64,000 nucleotides of DNA. It comes from Woeseiaceae bacterium. GTDB lineage: Bacteria; Pseudomonadota; Gammaproteobacteria; Steroidobacterales; Woeseiaceae. The translations under genes were made by a program, and so were the position numbers. Shown here one piece after another: positions 30,286-40,722 of the stretch. Each line of letters begins with the position of its first letter. Position 1 is the stretch's first letter. The notes under the pieces are model-generated. The model searched no databases and was not told where the DNA came from. It saw only the letters and a program-made list of their open reading frames with translations. Location: the NCBI GenBank assembly GCA_041555515.1, contig JBFFKF010000003.1, positions 1,404 to 65,403 on the forward strand. The letters run 5' to 3'.

Positions 30286-31211
30286 CGCGCGCTCAAGCCC
30301 GGCATAGCGAAGCCTTTTTGTAACAGCGATTCGATCAGGGATTTGCACTGATCTTGTTCGAGCGCGACCAGTGGCGGTCGCACGGTGCGCCACTGTGCGT
30401 CATCCGTGAAATGCGCAACCGTTGCTTTCAGCGCGGGAATCATCGGAAATGCCATCGCGATTTCGCGTATTTCATCGAGGCTTGCCTGCAAGGATTCTGC
30501 GTTGGGTGATTGCCATTCCCGGTACAGCTGATCGATCGCCGCAGGATTGATGTTCGCCGTGGCGGAGATGCAACCGGCGCCGCCGCCGCGCATGTTCCGC
30601 AACAGGAAACTCTCAGCGCCGGCAAAAATCCGAAAATCGTCCCAGCCGCGCTGCAGCATGGCGCTGGTGTTGTTCCAGTCACCGGAGCTGTCCTTGATGC
30701 CGACGACCGTATCCGGGTATGTCTTGATCAGTCGCTCTACCAGGTCGAGAGATATCGCCACCTTGGAAACGGGCGGAATGTGGTACAGATAGACGCGCAG
30801 CGCAGAACTCCCAACTCGCTGAATAACCTCGGAAAAACTGGCAAAAAGACCATCGTCGCTGAGGTCCTTGTAATAGAAGGGAGGCAGCATCAGCGTGCCG
30901 GCGCAGCCGAGATCGACCGCGTGTTCGGTCAGCGTCACGGTGTCCGGCAACGCGCAGCAACCGGTTCCCGGCATCATGCGACTGGTATCGACGCCGGCAT
31001 CGACCAGGCGGTCGAGCAGCATTATTTTTTCGTCTACGGAGAGCGAATTGGCTTCGCTGTTGGTGCCGAAGACCGCGAGCCCGACGTTCTGCGAAAGCAA
31101 CCACTGGCACTGCCGTATGAGGCGGTCCGGGTCGGGGCTGAGGTCCTCGTGGAAAGGCGTGATGACCGGGCACAGCACGCCGCCTAACCTGTCCGCCGCG
31201 TGCTCAGCCAT
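30282..31211 (-). CDS. dihydrodipicolinate synthase/N-acetylneuraminate lyase family aldolase
   Basis: Start moved to MAEHAADRLGGVLCPVITPF. Motifs GTNSEANSLS and VGIKDSSG (Schiff-base lysine) are present. The ATG overlaps the stop of the upstream membrane-protein gene. Confidence 0.8.
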   Translation of the reverse strand: MAEHAADRLGGVLCPVITPFHEDLSPDPDRLIRQCQWLLSQNVGLAVFGTNSEANSLSVDEKIMLLDRLVDAGVDTSRMMPGTGCCALPDTVTLTEHAVDLGCAGTLMLPPFYYKDLSDDGLFASFSEVIQRVGSSALRVYLYHIPPVSKVAISLDLVERLIKTYPDTVVGIKDSSGDWNNTSAMLQRGWDDFRIFAGAESFLLRNMRGGGAGCISATANINPAAIDQLYREWQSPNAESLQASLDEIREIAMAFPMIPALKATVAHFTDDAQWRTVRPPLVALEQDQCKSLIESLLQKGFAMPGLSAR

Positions 31212-31713
31212 GCTCGGGGTCCCTGGGCAGAATGAACAGCATGCGCACGAACTGCTGTGCCGCATGCATCAGGTACCAGACCAGGCCGAGACTGAACGCG
31301 CCCGGAGCCCGTTCGGCAATAAAACCGCTAATGACCGCGAACTGCAATAGCAAAACGACAATGTGACCGGCGCTCAGCGACCAGAATCTGAGCCAGTCAA
31401 ATATTTCCGGAACGATTTTCGCCAGACGCCGCGCGCCCGTGATCATCCAGCTGACGAAAATCAGCGAATAAGCGAACATGGCCGACGACGAGTGCATCCA
31501 GATCCGTTGCTCCGCTATACCGAAATTCGACAGCAAATCGGGTAGCAGCGATAAAAACATTGCACCGAAGGTCAGCGCGAAAAGAATGCGCAAACGATAT
31601 TTTTGAACATCGGTTAATGGTCCGGGGGTTTTTCGCAGGGCGACTATCAGGCCGCTGAACCCGGCAAGACCGATGCTGATCTCGGCGATAGTTTGCAGGA
31701 AATCGGGGATCAT
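31204..31713 (-). CDS. hypothetical membrane protein (about 5 TM)
   Basis: 169 aa and hydrophobic. It lies 26 nt downstream of the S8 protease stop and overlaps the DapA-like start by 8 nt. Confidence 0.5.
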   Translation of the reverse strand: MIPDFLQTIAEISIGLAGFSGLIVALRKTPGPLTDVQKYRLRILFALTFGAMFLSLLPDLLSNFGIAEQRIWMHSSSAMFAYSLIFVSWMITGARRLAKIVPEIFDWLRFWSLSAGHIVVLLLQFAVISGFIAERAPGAFSLGLVWYLMHAAQQFVRMLFILPRDPEHG

Positions 31714-31739
31714 AAGTGAAGGGACGTCAATATTCTCGT

Positions 31740-34700
31740 CTAGTTCTCGACGCTGATCACGGTAAGCGACACCAGGCCATCCGGCGTATTGTGGGAGATG
31801 CCACCCAGGTAAATCGTGTCCGGCGCGAGCCCGCTCCAGCTGACGGTGACGTCTTCTGTCGTGCCGGCATTGACGAACGGCGGGCCGCTTGCCGTCATGT
31901 TGCCCTGGTCGTCGACGATGCCGAAGGACCAGCCGAGCAATGTGTAGAAGGCGCCCGGCCCGCCTGCCGCGTTGTCGGTTTCGAAACCGTGAATGAAGAC
32001 GGCGTAGGTACCCTGACCGGGCAGCAGGACATCAACCTGTTCCTCTGACGTTGCGCCGCCACTCTGACCGATCTTCGAACAATTGATGCCGTCCGGACAG
32101 TAATAAACAAACATGTCGAGATCGTCTTCGCCGTCCGTCAGCGCATCGAAGGTTGCGAAACGCAGGAACAACTGGTCTGCCGGCACATCGATCAGGTGTG
32201 CCGTGACGCCGTTGGTCGTCCGGAACGTGAATGTCTTGTCGCGATCCTCGTCAACAAAACCATCGATGACGAGCGGCAGGTTGAGGCCGTGGACACCCGG
32301 TGAATAGGTGCCGGTGTAGCCGAAGTCGACCGGGAAGGTGACGCTGCCGCTGCCGCCGAAGGCAATAACGTCGCCCGGTGCGGATACCGATAATGGCTGC
32401 ACCGATAGCACGCTGCGAACCGAATGGTCGCCGCTGACCCAGGCCAGGCTGCCGAAGCGATAGAAATCGAGCGGACCACTTTGGTAATTGAAGGTCACAT
32501 CGTAAGTTGCAGACGCACCGGCACCGACGACCAGGCTGGCTGGCGTGACCTGCACGTCGATGCCGAATGGCGCGACGATTTCGGCGTTATACGTTTCGCT
32601 CGAGTCGCTGACGTTCGTGACTCTGCGCGTAACGGTGCGCGTGCTGGTCAGCCCGGAGACGGAGATCGACGGCTGGTTGAGATCGGCCGGTTCCAGGGAG
32701 AAACCGGCTGTTTCGAGTTCGTCGCATCGCGCCTGAGAAATGTCCGGGGAGCCGACGCCGCAAGAGAAAGCGTCATATTCGTCCGCCGCAATATCGTAGA
32801 CGAGGCCCGGATCGTTCGCCCGGTTCGGCGCGATATGACCGCTGCCGAAATCGAAGGGAATCGCCTGCGTCTCACCGTCAGAGAGCGTCACTTCCTGGTA
32901 AGCCGTGGTCATCATCGCGGATTTGATCGCGGCAGGGCTCCACTCGGGATGAGCTTCCTTGATGAGTGCCGCCACGCCGGCGACATGCGGCGTGGACATG
33001 GAGGTGCCGGACAGGAACGCAAAAAACTCTCCCGACACCGAGTTAACGGCGTCAGGCGTGCTCCCGGCCAGAATATTGATGCCCGGTGCCGTCAGGTCCG
33101 GCTTCAGGATATCCGGCACCGGCCCGGGACCACGCGAGGAAAACGATGCCATGTTGTTCCCGGTATCGGATTCGGTCAGGAAAAAACTCTTGTCGAGGAC
33201 CACCTCGATAACCTGATCGCTGTTAAGTTCATCGAGGAAAAGCTTGCCGTCGGCGGCTCCTACCATCACTGCCGGAATGTCTATGCCGACCGGGTCGCCG
33301 ATCATGACGATCGGCCCGCCCGACAAATTGAAGACGACAACGGCGATCGCGCCTGCGCTTTCCGCGTTCGCGACTTTGACGTCGAAGTCGCAACCGCCGC
33401 GCTGGATGAAAGCGATGTTTCCGGATACTTCGCTGCTGTTGGTCAGCGACTGACAGGCGTCGAAAGTCGTCCCGGTCGAGCCGTCGACTGTTGCGGTGCT
33501 GTCATCATCGACCAGCACGAGCTGGCCCTCTAGCGAACCGAGATCGATCAAGGGAGGCGTGAAACCGGCCTCCTTGACTGCGTATTTGCCAGCGATCGAC
33601 GGTGGTGTTTTGACCTGCATCGCCTCGAGTGAGTGTTGCCCCTCGCGGCTGGAGGCGCCTGTCGTAATGACTGCCGGATTGCCGGCTGGCGATGTAATCG
33701 TGTCGAAGTTCGGGCCCTCGTTACCGGCCGCGACCACCGTCAGGATGCCCGCTTTGGCAGCTGCCAGGAGCGCGATATCGTCGGGCGCGGTGACCGTGAA
33801 CAGCGAACTGCCGACAGAGTAGCTGATGACGTCGACGCCATCGGCGACGGCCATGTCGATTGCGTTTGCGAGATCTGAGGTATTGCAGCTCGCCCGCGTT
33901 GCACCGGGCCGCAGCCAGCATGCCTTGTACACAGAGAGTCGGGCGCCGGGCGCCATTCCCTCGACCCTGCCGAAAGATGTGCCGAATATCGATGCCTTGA
34001 CCCTGTTGCCCGCTGCGGTCGTCGCCGTGTGCGTCCCATGGCCGTCCACGTCCCGCGGCGAAAATATTTCGCCCGGGTCGATCGGGCCCGTTGCCTGTGC
34101 GCCGTCGAGGAAAAATCGCGCACCGATCAATTTGTTGTTGCAATCGGTCTCGGTAAACTCCGGTCCGGTCTGGCAAATGCCGTTCCAGTTCTCCGGAGGA
34201 TCGAAAACCTGGACGTCTTCCATGCGGTCGTAGCGCCCACAAAGCCACCTGCCCAGCAGCGATACTTCTCCCCAGGTGCTCTCGCAAAGTCTTGGACGAT
34301 CTGCCTCGCGCGTATCCTGTAAAGCCGGGTGCTGCGGCGCGATGCCGCTGTCGATGACCCCGATGACGACGCCGTCACCACTAAGCGCCAAAGGACCTCG
34401 CAGACCGGAAGATGCGTCGAACAGTTCGAGGAAATCGGCACTGAAGTTTGTGGTCAGAGGGCGAATCTCGTCTTCCCAGACGCGCAGCACTTCCTGCATA
34501 TGCTCGACCTTGACAGCCTGTGCCGGTGTCATGCGAACAGCAAAACCGTTCAGAGCGTAGCGATAACTGTAGATCGCTTCGATGTTCGGTCCGATCTTTG
34601 CAATCACCTTCGCCTGTTCCGTCGCCAGTCGCTGTGCATGCGACTCGACGGCAGCGGCGGTCTTGTCGAAACGGGGAACCGACAGCAGTCTGCCTGGCGC

Positions 34701-34958
34701 CGGTTTGCCGGCAACCCTGCTCAGGGAGGAAACGTGATACTGACTGGCGGAGGGCGTGCGCAGCTGGACGATGTAAACCTTCGAATCGCTCGGCGCGGCC
34801 TCGCTGCCGGCAAGACGAATGTAGGTGGCAGGGCCAGCTTCGCGCAAGCGCGACTCATATTCTGCGCTCGCAGCTCCGGCAACAAGCAGCGCGAGCAGAA
34901 TTATGCTTCTGAAAAGCGTCACGAAGACCCCATCGCTCTTATCCGGAATCCCGCCCAA
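31740..34958 (-). CDS. S8 family (subtilisin-like) serine peptidase, large multidomain, secreted
   Basis: 1072 aa with catalytic triad motifs VIGVIDSGI, HGTHTATTAAG and GTSMSTPHVAG. A long insertion between His and Ser is PA-domain-like. There is a signal peptide (IILLALLVAGAASA) and a C-terminal beta-rich extension. Confidence 0.9.
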   Translation of the reverse strand: MGGIPDKSDGVFVTLFRSIILLALLVAGAASAEYESRLREAGPATYIRLAGSEAAPSDSKVYIVQLRTPSASQYHVSSLSRVAGKPAPGRLLSVPRFDKTAAAVESHAQRLATEQAKVIAKIGPNIEAIYSYRYALNGFAVRMTPAQAVKVEHMQEVLRVWEDEIRPLTTNFSADFLELFDASSGLRGPLALSGDGVVIGVIDSGIAPQHPALQDTREADRPRLCESTWGEVSLLGRWLCGRYDRMEDVQVFDPPENWNGICQTGPEFTETDCNNKLIGARFFLDGAQATGPIDPGEIFSPRDVDGHGTHTATTAAGNRVKASIFGTSFGRVEGMAPGARLSVYKACWLRPGATRASCNTSDLANAIDMAVADGVDVISYSVGSSLFTVTAPDDIALLAAAKAGILTVVAAGNEGPNFDTITSPAGNPAVITTGASSREGQHSLEAMQVKTPPSIAGKYAVKEAGFTPPLIDLGSLEGQLVLVDDDSTATVDGSTGTTFDACQSLTNSSEVSGNIAFIQRGGCDFDVKVANAESAGAIAVVVFNLSGGPIVMIGDPVGIDIPAVMVGAADGKLFLDELNSDQVIEVVLDKSFFLTESDTGNNMASFSSRGPGPVPDILKPDLTAPGINILAGSTPDAVNSVSGEFFAFLSGTSMSTPHVAGVAALIKEAHPEWSPAAIKSAMMTTAYQEVTLSDGETQAIPFDFGSGHIAPNRANDPGLVYDIAADEYDAFSCGVGSPDISQARCDELETAGFSLEPADLNQPSISVSGLTSTRTVTRRVTNVSDSSETYNAEIVAPFGIDVQVTPASLVVGAGASATYDVTFNYQSGPLDFYRFGSLAWVSGDHSVRSVLSVQPLSVSAPGDVIAFGGSGSVTFPVDFGYTGTYSPGVHGLNLPLVIDGFVDEDRDKTFTFRTTNGVTAHLIDVPADQLFLRFATFDALTDGEDDLDMFVYYCPDGINCSKIGQSGGATSEEQVDVLLPGQGTYAVFIHGFETDNAAGGPGAFYTLLGWSFGIVDDQGNMTASGPPFVNAGTTEDVTVSWSGLAPDTIYLGGISHNTPDGLVSLTVISVEN

Positions 34959-35126
34959 ACCGATGCATTGTAGCGATTTTAAATAAGAAACCGGGTGTAA
35001 ATCCCGGTTTTACAAAGAACTTACCACAGCAGTCAATCGCCGCGCCAGCGGTAAATGTCATCACTGTCAGGATCGCTTGATCTTGCCCTGGTTGTCCCAT
35101 GTTGTCGGCTGTCGTCCCAAAAATTC

Positions 35127-36755
35127 TTACAGTGACGCGGCCTTCTCGCGTAAAACGAATTTCTGGATCTTGCCTGTCGAAGTTTTCGGCAACTCGGTAA
35201 ATACGACGGTCCTGGGGCATTTGAAGTGCGCCATGTTATCCCTGCAAAACTCGATCAATTCGGCTTCACTCGTGGTTGCGCCCGGCTTGATTGTCACGAA
35301 TGCGCATGGCGTTTCTCCCCATTTGTCATCCGGCTTCGCGACGACGGCGGCTTCAAGTACGGCTGGGTGCCTGTAAAGCACACCTTCTACCTCGATCGAG
35401 GAAATATTTTCGCCGCCAGAGATAATGATGTCCTTGGAGCGGTCGCGGATCTCTATGTATCCATCGGGGTGAGTTACGCCCAGGTCCCCGGTATGAAAAT
35501 ACCCGCCCTCGAATGCCGCCCGCGTGGCCTCGGGGTTCTTGAGGTAGCCTTTCATCACAACGTTGCCGCGGTACAGCAGCTCGCCCACGGTCTCACCGTC
35601 CGCGGCAACAGGTTCGAGCGTCTCCGGGTCGCAGACGAGGAAATCTTCCTGCACCTGGTATTTCACATCCTGGCGGGCCTTCAGAGCTGCCCTCTCCGCA
35701 TCGGGCCGCTCGTTCCATTGCGGGTGCCACGCGCACAGCGTCGCCGGACCGTAGACTTCGGTCAGGCCATAGGCATGGGTCACGTCGAAACCGATTCTTT
35801 CCATGCCTTCGAGAATGGCCGCCGGTGGCGCGGACGCGGCGGTCATGAATTGAACACGCCGGGCAAACTTGGCCGTAGCAGCGCGTGGCGAGTTCAACAA
35901 CATGTTCATGACGATCGGAGCGCCGCACAGATGCGTGACGCCGTGATCCCGGATGGCATCGTAAATAGCATCCGGATCGACTCGTCGCAGGCACACGTGT
36001 GTCCCCGCCATGGCGGTCACTGACCAGGGAAAACACCAGCCATTGCAATGGAACATCGGCAAAGTCCACAAATACACCGGCTGTTGCGGCATCGCCCAGG
36101 CGAGAATGTTACCAATGGCATTGAGGTAAGCGCCGCGATGGTGACAGACGACGCCTTTGGCGTTTCCGGTGGTGCCGGATGTGTAATTCAGCGAGATCGA
36201 ATCCCATTCATCATCGGGCAAGCGCCAGGGATACTCCGCGTCGCCTTCGCTCAGCAGCTGTTCGTAAGTAAGTTCTCCCAGAAGTTCGCCGGAAGGCGCG
36301 AGTGGATCATCGATATCTACGACCAGCGGCCTGTTTTCAACTTTCTCCAGCACCGCGCTGATTACGGGCGACAATTCCCGATCGGTAATCAGCACCCTGG
36401 CGTCACCATGGTCGAGAATGAACGCGATGGCGGATGCATCCAGCCGGATGTTGAGGGCATTCAATACACCGCCACACAATGGAACGCCGAAGTGCGCCTC
36501 TAGTGCCGCCGGTACGTTGGGTGCCATGACAGCGACCGTGTCGCCACGCCCGATTCCACGTTTCGACAACGCACTGGCAAGTTGCCGGCACCTTATGTAC
36601 GTCTCGCCCCAGCTGCGGCGCTGTTCACCATGAATGACGGCCACATGATCGGGAAACACTTCCGCCGTCCGTCTGCAAAAGCTCAGCGGTGAAAGTGGCA
36701 CGTGATTAGCCGGGTTCTTTCCCAGGTCTTTTTCGTATTTGTTGGATGCATTCAT
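35127..36755 (-). CDS. AMP-dependent acyl-CoA synthetase/ligase
   Basis: 542 aa with AMP-binding motif YTSGTTGNAKG and C-terminal ...GKIQKF. It lies 6 nt downstream of hemF. Confidence 0.88.
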   Translation of the reverse strand: MNASNKYEKDLGKNPANHVPLSPLSFCRRTAEVFPDHVAVIHGEQRRSWGETYIRCRQLASALSKRGIGRGDTVAVMAPNVPAALEAHFGVPLCGGVLNALNIRLDASAIAFILDHGDARVLITDRELSPVISAVLEKVENRPLVVDIDDPLAPSGELLGELTYEQLLSEGDAEYPWRLPDDEWDSISLNYTSGTTGNAKGVVCHHRGAYLNAIGNILAWAMPQQPVYLWTLPMFHCNGWCFPWSVTAMAGTHVCLRRVDPDAIYDAIRDHGVTHLCGAPIVMNMLLNSPRAATAKFARRVQFMTAASAPPAAILEGMERIGFDVTHAYGLTEVYGPATLCAWHPQWNERPDAERAALKARQDVKYQVQEDFLVCDPETLEPVAADGETVGELLYRGNVVMKGYLKNPEATRAAFEGGYFHTGDLGVTHPDGYIEIRDRSKDIIISGGENISSIEVEGVLYRHPAVLEAAVVAKPDDKWGETPCAFVTIKPGATTSEAELIEFCRDNMAHFKCPRTVVFTELPKTSTGKIQKFVLREKAASL

Positions 36756-36761
36756 GATCGC

Positions 36762-37682
36762 TTATGCCCGTTCCCCGAGCCAGTCACGCGGGCGCAGGTA
36801 GTTCTCGTAGAGATCGGCCTCGGGGGAACCGGGTTCGGGTTGCCAGTTGTATTCCCAGCGTACCCGCGGCGGTAGCGACATCAGGATAGATTCAGTACGG
36901 CCGCCGGATTGCAGGCCGAACAAGGTGCCGCGATCGTATATGAGGTTGAATTCGACGTAGCGACCGCGCCGATACAGTTGGAATTCCCGCTGCCGTTCGC
37001 CGTACTTGTGTCCCATGCGAGATTTTACGATTGGCAGGTACGCGGGCAGGAACTGATCACCGATCGATTGCGTCAGTTCAAACGACTTATCGAAACCTAA
37101 CTCATTCAGGTCGTCAAAAAACAGACCACCGACACCGCGTGTCTCGCCCCTGTGCTTGAGATAAAAATATTCGTCGCACCACTGCTTATACTTTTCATAA
37201 ATGTGCTTGCCGAAAGGATCGCAGGCTTCCTTTGCCTTGCGGTGCCAGTGCAACACATCGTCATAAAACGGATAGTAGGGCGTCAAATCGAAACCGCCGC
37301 CGAACCACCACACCGGCTCCCCGTGGTCGGTCTTTGTCGAAAAGAACCTGAAATTGGCATGCGTAGTCGGCACATACGGATTCAACGGGTGCAATACCAG
37401 TGACACGCCCATCGCCTGGAAACTCTGGCCGGCGAGCTCTGGCCTGGACTTGGTCGCGGACGGCGGCATCTCGCTGCCGAAGACGAGGGAAAATCCTACG
37501 CCAGCCTGTTCGAATACATCACCACCGACCAGCACGCGGCTGTCGCCTCCGCCACCGCCGGGCCTGTCCCAGGGGTCGCGGCTGAACTTTTGCTTACCGT
37601 CGACATCTTCGAGCGACGCAATGATTCTGGCTTGCAACGATCGCAAGTATTCTTCGACAGCCGCGAGGTTGATCTCAGTCAT
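36762..37682 (-). CDS. hemF: oxygen-dependent coproporphyrinogen III oxidase
   Basis: 306 aa with the [21 protein letters not shown] signature. Confidence 0.95.
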   Translation of the reverse strand: MTEINLAAVEEYLRSLQARIIASLEDVDGKQKFSRDPWDRPGGGGGDSRVLVGGDVFEQAGVGFSLVFGSEMPPSATKSRPELAGQSFQAMGVSLVLHPLNPYVPTTHANFRFFSTKTDHGEPVWWFGGGFDLTPYYPFYDDVLHWHRKAKEACDPFGKHIYEKYKQWCDEYFYLKHRGETRGVGGLFFDDLNELGFDKSFELTQSIGDQFLPAYLPIVKSRMGHKYGERQREFQLYRRGRYVEFNLIYDRGTLFGLQSGGRTESILMSLPPRVRWEYNWQPEPGSPEADLYENYLRPRDWLGERA

Positions 37683-38239
37683 CCACTTCTCAGGACTTTG
37701 CCGCTGGACAAATCACGAATTTCCGACGGGCCGGTCGCCGGTCCGCATTCTCCGGGAACAATGAAATCTACAAGAGCTCTGAAGCGACGGCGAAGAACGA
37801 AGCGATTTCGCGCCGGCGGCCTGCCGTGTAAATTGGCGCTGGTCGACACCAGCGCCGAGTCCGCTGCATCACACAAGGCGGCCGCAACCGGGTGCGTGGT
37901 GATGCGAACGGCCAGGCCAGTGTGTTCCCCGCGAATCCAGTAAGGCACTTCGTCAGACGCCGGCACAACCCAGGTAACCGGTCTGTCAATACTGGATTCG
38001 AGGGCGGGCGCCTTCGCGGGCAAATCGATCCAGTCTTCGAGTTGCGCGATGTCCGTGGCGATGAGCACCAGCCCCAGTGCGGGGTCGCGTCTCTTGATCG
38101 CAAGCACACGGCTGACCGCCTCAAAATCATCGGGCAGGCAGCCGAGCCCGAAAACGCCCTCGGTCGGATAGGCTATAACGCCGCCACTGCGCAGGATGCG
38201 CGCTGCTTTTTCGATTACCTGGGAATAGGCCACATGCAA
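37679..38239 (-). CDS. tsaC: L-threonylcarbamoyladenylate synthase type 1 (YrdC domain)
   Basis: 186 aa with [12 protein letters not shown] and SANLHG motifs. Has a 4-nt overlap with hemF. Confidence 0.85.
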   Translation of the reverse strand: MHVAYSQVIEKAARILRSGGVIAYPTEGVFGLGCLPDDFEAVSRVLAIKRRDPALGLVLIATDIAQLEDWIDLPAKAPALESSIDRPVTWVVPASDEVPYWIRGEHTGLAVRITTHPVAAALCDAADSALVSTSANLHGRPPARNRFVLRRRFRALVDFIVPGECGPATGPSEIRDLSSGKVLRSG

Positions 38240-38254
38240 ATCCGGCCCGGAATA

Positions 38255-40696
38255 TTAGGAATCGCCGACTTCGGCCTGGCTGTCGCCGTCGGTTTTCTTC
38301 TTGCTGGCCTTTGTTTTCTTCTTTTTCGCCGTCTTTTTCTTGGCCGCTTTTTTCTTTGCGGTTTTCTTCTTGCCGCGCCGTCCCCGTGCCGGTGCCGCGG
38401 CAAGCAGCTCCTTGCATTCCTCGAGTGTCAGTGACTTGGGATCACGGTCCTTGGGGACCCGCGCATTCTTGGCTTTGTCGGTAACATAAGGACCGTAACG
38501 ACCATTGAGAACCTGGATGCCTTCGTCCTCGAAATCCTGAATGATGCGATTGGCATCCGCGATCTTCTTTTCCTCGATCAGCTCGAGTGCACGCGGCAAT
38601 TCGATGGTGTATGGATCATCGTCGCCGCGAATCGAAACGTACTTGTCGCCGTAACGAACATACGGCCCGAACCGGCCGACGCTGGCCGAAACCTCGAGGC
38701 CGTCCGGAGTTTTTCCGAGCTTGCGCGGTAACTTGAACAGTTCAAGAGCCTCGTTGATCGTGAGCTCGTTCATTTTTTGCCCTGGCCGCAAACCGGCGAA
38801 CTTCGGTTTTTCCTCGTCGTCCTTGGTGCCAATTTGCACAAACGGTCCGTAGCGGCCCATGCGGACGGTCACCGGTTTACCGCTCTTCGGGTCGGTGCCC
38901 AGTTCGCGTGCCTGCGCGACCTGTTCGCGCGTCACGCTCTGTTCCTTGTCGGTCACAAGATCAGAAAACGGCTTCCAGAAACGCTCGAGTAGCGGCACCA
39001 GATCTTCTTCACCGAGAGAGATCGCATCGAGATCATCTTCGAGACGAGCCGTGAAGTCGTAATCGACATATTGCTTAAAATGTTCCGTAAGAAATCCGTT
39101 GACGATCCTGCCGACGTCGGTAGGAATGAACCGTTTGCCATCCATCTCCACGTATTCGCGATTTTTCAAGGTGGAAATGATGCTGGCGTAAGTTGACGGC
39201 CTGCCGATACCGTACTCCTCGAGCGTCTTGACGAGGCTCGCCTCCGTGTAACGCGGCGGCGGCTCCGTGAAGTGTTGTTCCGGCCGCAACTGGTCGAGTT
39301 CAATGACATCGCCTTCGGCGATCTCCGGCAACAGGCGATCACGATCATCATCGTTCGTGTCATCCTGTCCTTCCTGGTAAACGGCCATGAAGCCGGGCTC
39401 TACCAGTACCGAGCCGTTGGCTCTAAAGCGATGATCACCGCCGGATTCCCCGGTGCCGGAAGACGCCTCGCCCGGTTCGAACTCGAGCGTGACCGTGTCA
39501 AATACGGCCGGCACCATCTGGCATGCCATCGTGCGTTGCCAGATCAGCGTATAGAGCTTGAGTTGGTCGTCATCCAGTTTGTCCTCCAGCGAGTCCGGGG
39601 TTCGCGCCACGGATGTCGGGCGAATCGCCTCGTGCGCTTCCTGTGCATTTTTCGATTTGGTCTTGAACACTCGCGGCTCCGCGGGCACGTTCTCGGCGCC
39701 GTAGCGCTCCTTGATGACCTCACGAATTTCGGCAATGGCGACATCCGCAAGCGTGACGGAATCGGTGCGCATGTAGCTAATCAGGCCCACGTTGCCTTCG
39801 CCGGGCAATTCGATACCTTCATAAAGCCTTTGCGCGACGCGCATGGTCCATTGCGTGTTGAAGCCGAGTTTGCGCGAGGATTCCTGCTGCAAGGTCGATG
39901 TCGTAAAAGGTGCTGCCGGATTTCGGCGCCGCTGCTTTTTCTCGACACTGACAGTAGCCAGTTTGCCGTCCGCTGCCCCGAGTATCGTTTTCTCGACCTC
40001 GCGTGCTGCATCCTCGTTCTCGAAGCTGAATTGCTCGACTTTCTCGCCTTTGTAGCGAACGAGTCGGGCGACAAAAGGCTGCTTCTCCTTACTGACGTCG
40101 GCCTCGATCGTCCAGTATTCACGCGGCTCGAAGGCTTCGATTTCGAGTTCGCGTTCGACGATCATGCGCAGCGCCGGGCTCTGTACCCGCCCGGCGGACA
40201 ATCCACGCTGCACCTTCTTCCAGAGCAAAGGCGAAAGATTAAAGCCGACGAGGTAGTCGAGCGCTCTACGTGCCTGCTGGGCGCTCACAAGCTCGCCCGA
40301 TATTTCCCGCGGATGTTCGATCGCATCCTGGATGGCGTTCTTGGTTATCTCGTGAAATATGACGCGATGCACCGGTTTGTTATTGAGCGCATTTTTCTCT
40401 TTCAGCAATTCGGTCAGATGCCAGGAAATTGCCTCGCCTTCGCGATCCGGGTCAGTCGCGAGATAAAGCGCCTTGGCCTGCTTGAGCGCCTTGATAATGG
40501 CGTTTACGTGTTTTTGATTCTTCTCGATAACCTGGTACTTCATCGAGAAGCCGTGCTCGGGATCGACCGCACCCTCTTTGGGCACCAGGTCGCGCACGTG
40601 CCCGTAAGAGGCCATGACATCGAAGTCCTTGCCCAGGTATTTGCTGATCGTCTTCGCTTTCGCAGGCGACTCGACAATTACAAGATTTCGTGACAT
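38255..40696 (-). CDS. topA: DNA topoisomerase I (type IA), zinc-less C-terminal repeats plus Lys-rich tail
   Basis: 813 aa with a TOPRIM N-terminus (LVIVESPAKAKTI) and active-site Tyr region ISYMRTDS. C-terminal repeats are GRYGPFVQIG, GRFGPYVRYG and GRYGPYVTD. The tail reads KKKTAKKKAAKKKTAKKKKTKASKKK. Confidence 0.95.
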   Translation of the reverse strand: MSRNLVIVESPAKAKTISKYLGKDFDVMASYGHVRDLVPKEGAVDPEHGFSMKYQVIEKNQKHVNAIIKALKQAKALYLATDPDREGEAISWHLTELLKEKNALNNKPVHRVIFHEITKNAIQDAIEHPREISGELVSAQQARRALDYLVGFNLSPLLWKKVQRGLSAGRVQSPALRMIVERELEIEAFEPREYWTIEADVSKEKQPFVARLVRYKGEKVEQFSFENEDAAREVEKTILGAADGKLATVSVEKKQRRRNPAAPFTTSTLQQESSRKLGFNTQWTMRVAQRLYEGIELPGEGNVGLISYMRTDSVTLADVAIAEIREVIKERYGAENVPAEPRVFKTKSKNAQEAHEAIRPTSVARTPDSLEDKLDDDQLKLYTLIWQRTMACQMVPAVFDTVTLEFEPGEASSGTGESGGDHRFRANGSVLVEPGFMAVYQEGQDDTNDDDRDRLLPEIAEGDVIELDQLRPEQHFTEPPPRYTEASLVKTLEEYGIGRPSTYASIISTLKNREYVEMDGKRFIPTDVGRIVNGFLTEHFKQYVDYDFTARLEDDLDAISLGEEDLVPLLERFWKPFSDLVTDKEQSVTREQVAQARELGTDPKSGKPVTVRMGRYGPFVQIGTKDDEEKPKFAGLRPGQKMNELTINEALELFKLPRKLGKTPDGLEVSASVGRFGPYVRYGDKYVSIRGDDDPYTIELPRALELIEEKKIADANRIIQDFEDEGIQVLNGRYGPYVTDKAKNARVPKDRDPKSLTLEECKELLAAAPARGRRGKKKTAKKKAAKKKTAKKKKTKASKKKTDGDSQAEVGDS

Positions 40697-40722
40697 TCCA
40701 GCTGAAGTTCCAGTTGTCTGAC

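Noticed and set aside
39272-40693. Long antisense ORFs inside well-supported genes: 473 aa opposite topA, 541 aa at 41819-43444 opposite dprA/LysM, 417 aa at 55408-56661 opposite the PQQ dehydrogenase, 373 aa at 3608-4729 and 369 aa at 32424-33533.
   Set aside because: These are typical stop-poor antisense frames of GC-rich coding DNA. The translations are Arg/Ala/Gly-rich with no recognisable domains, and the opposite strands encode clearly homologous proteins.
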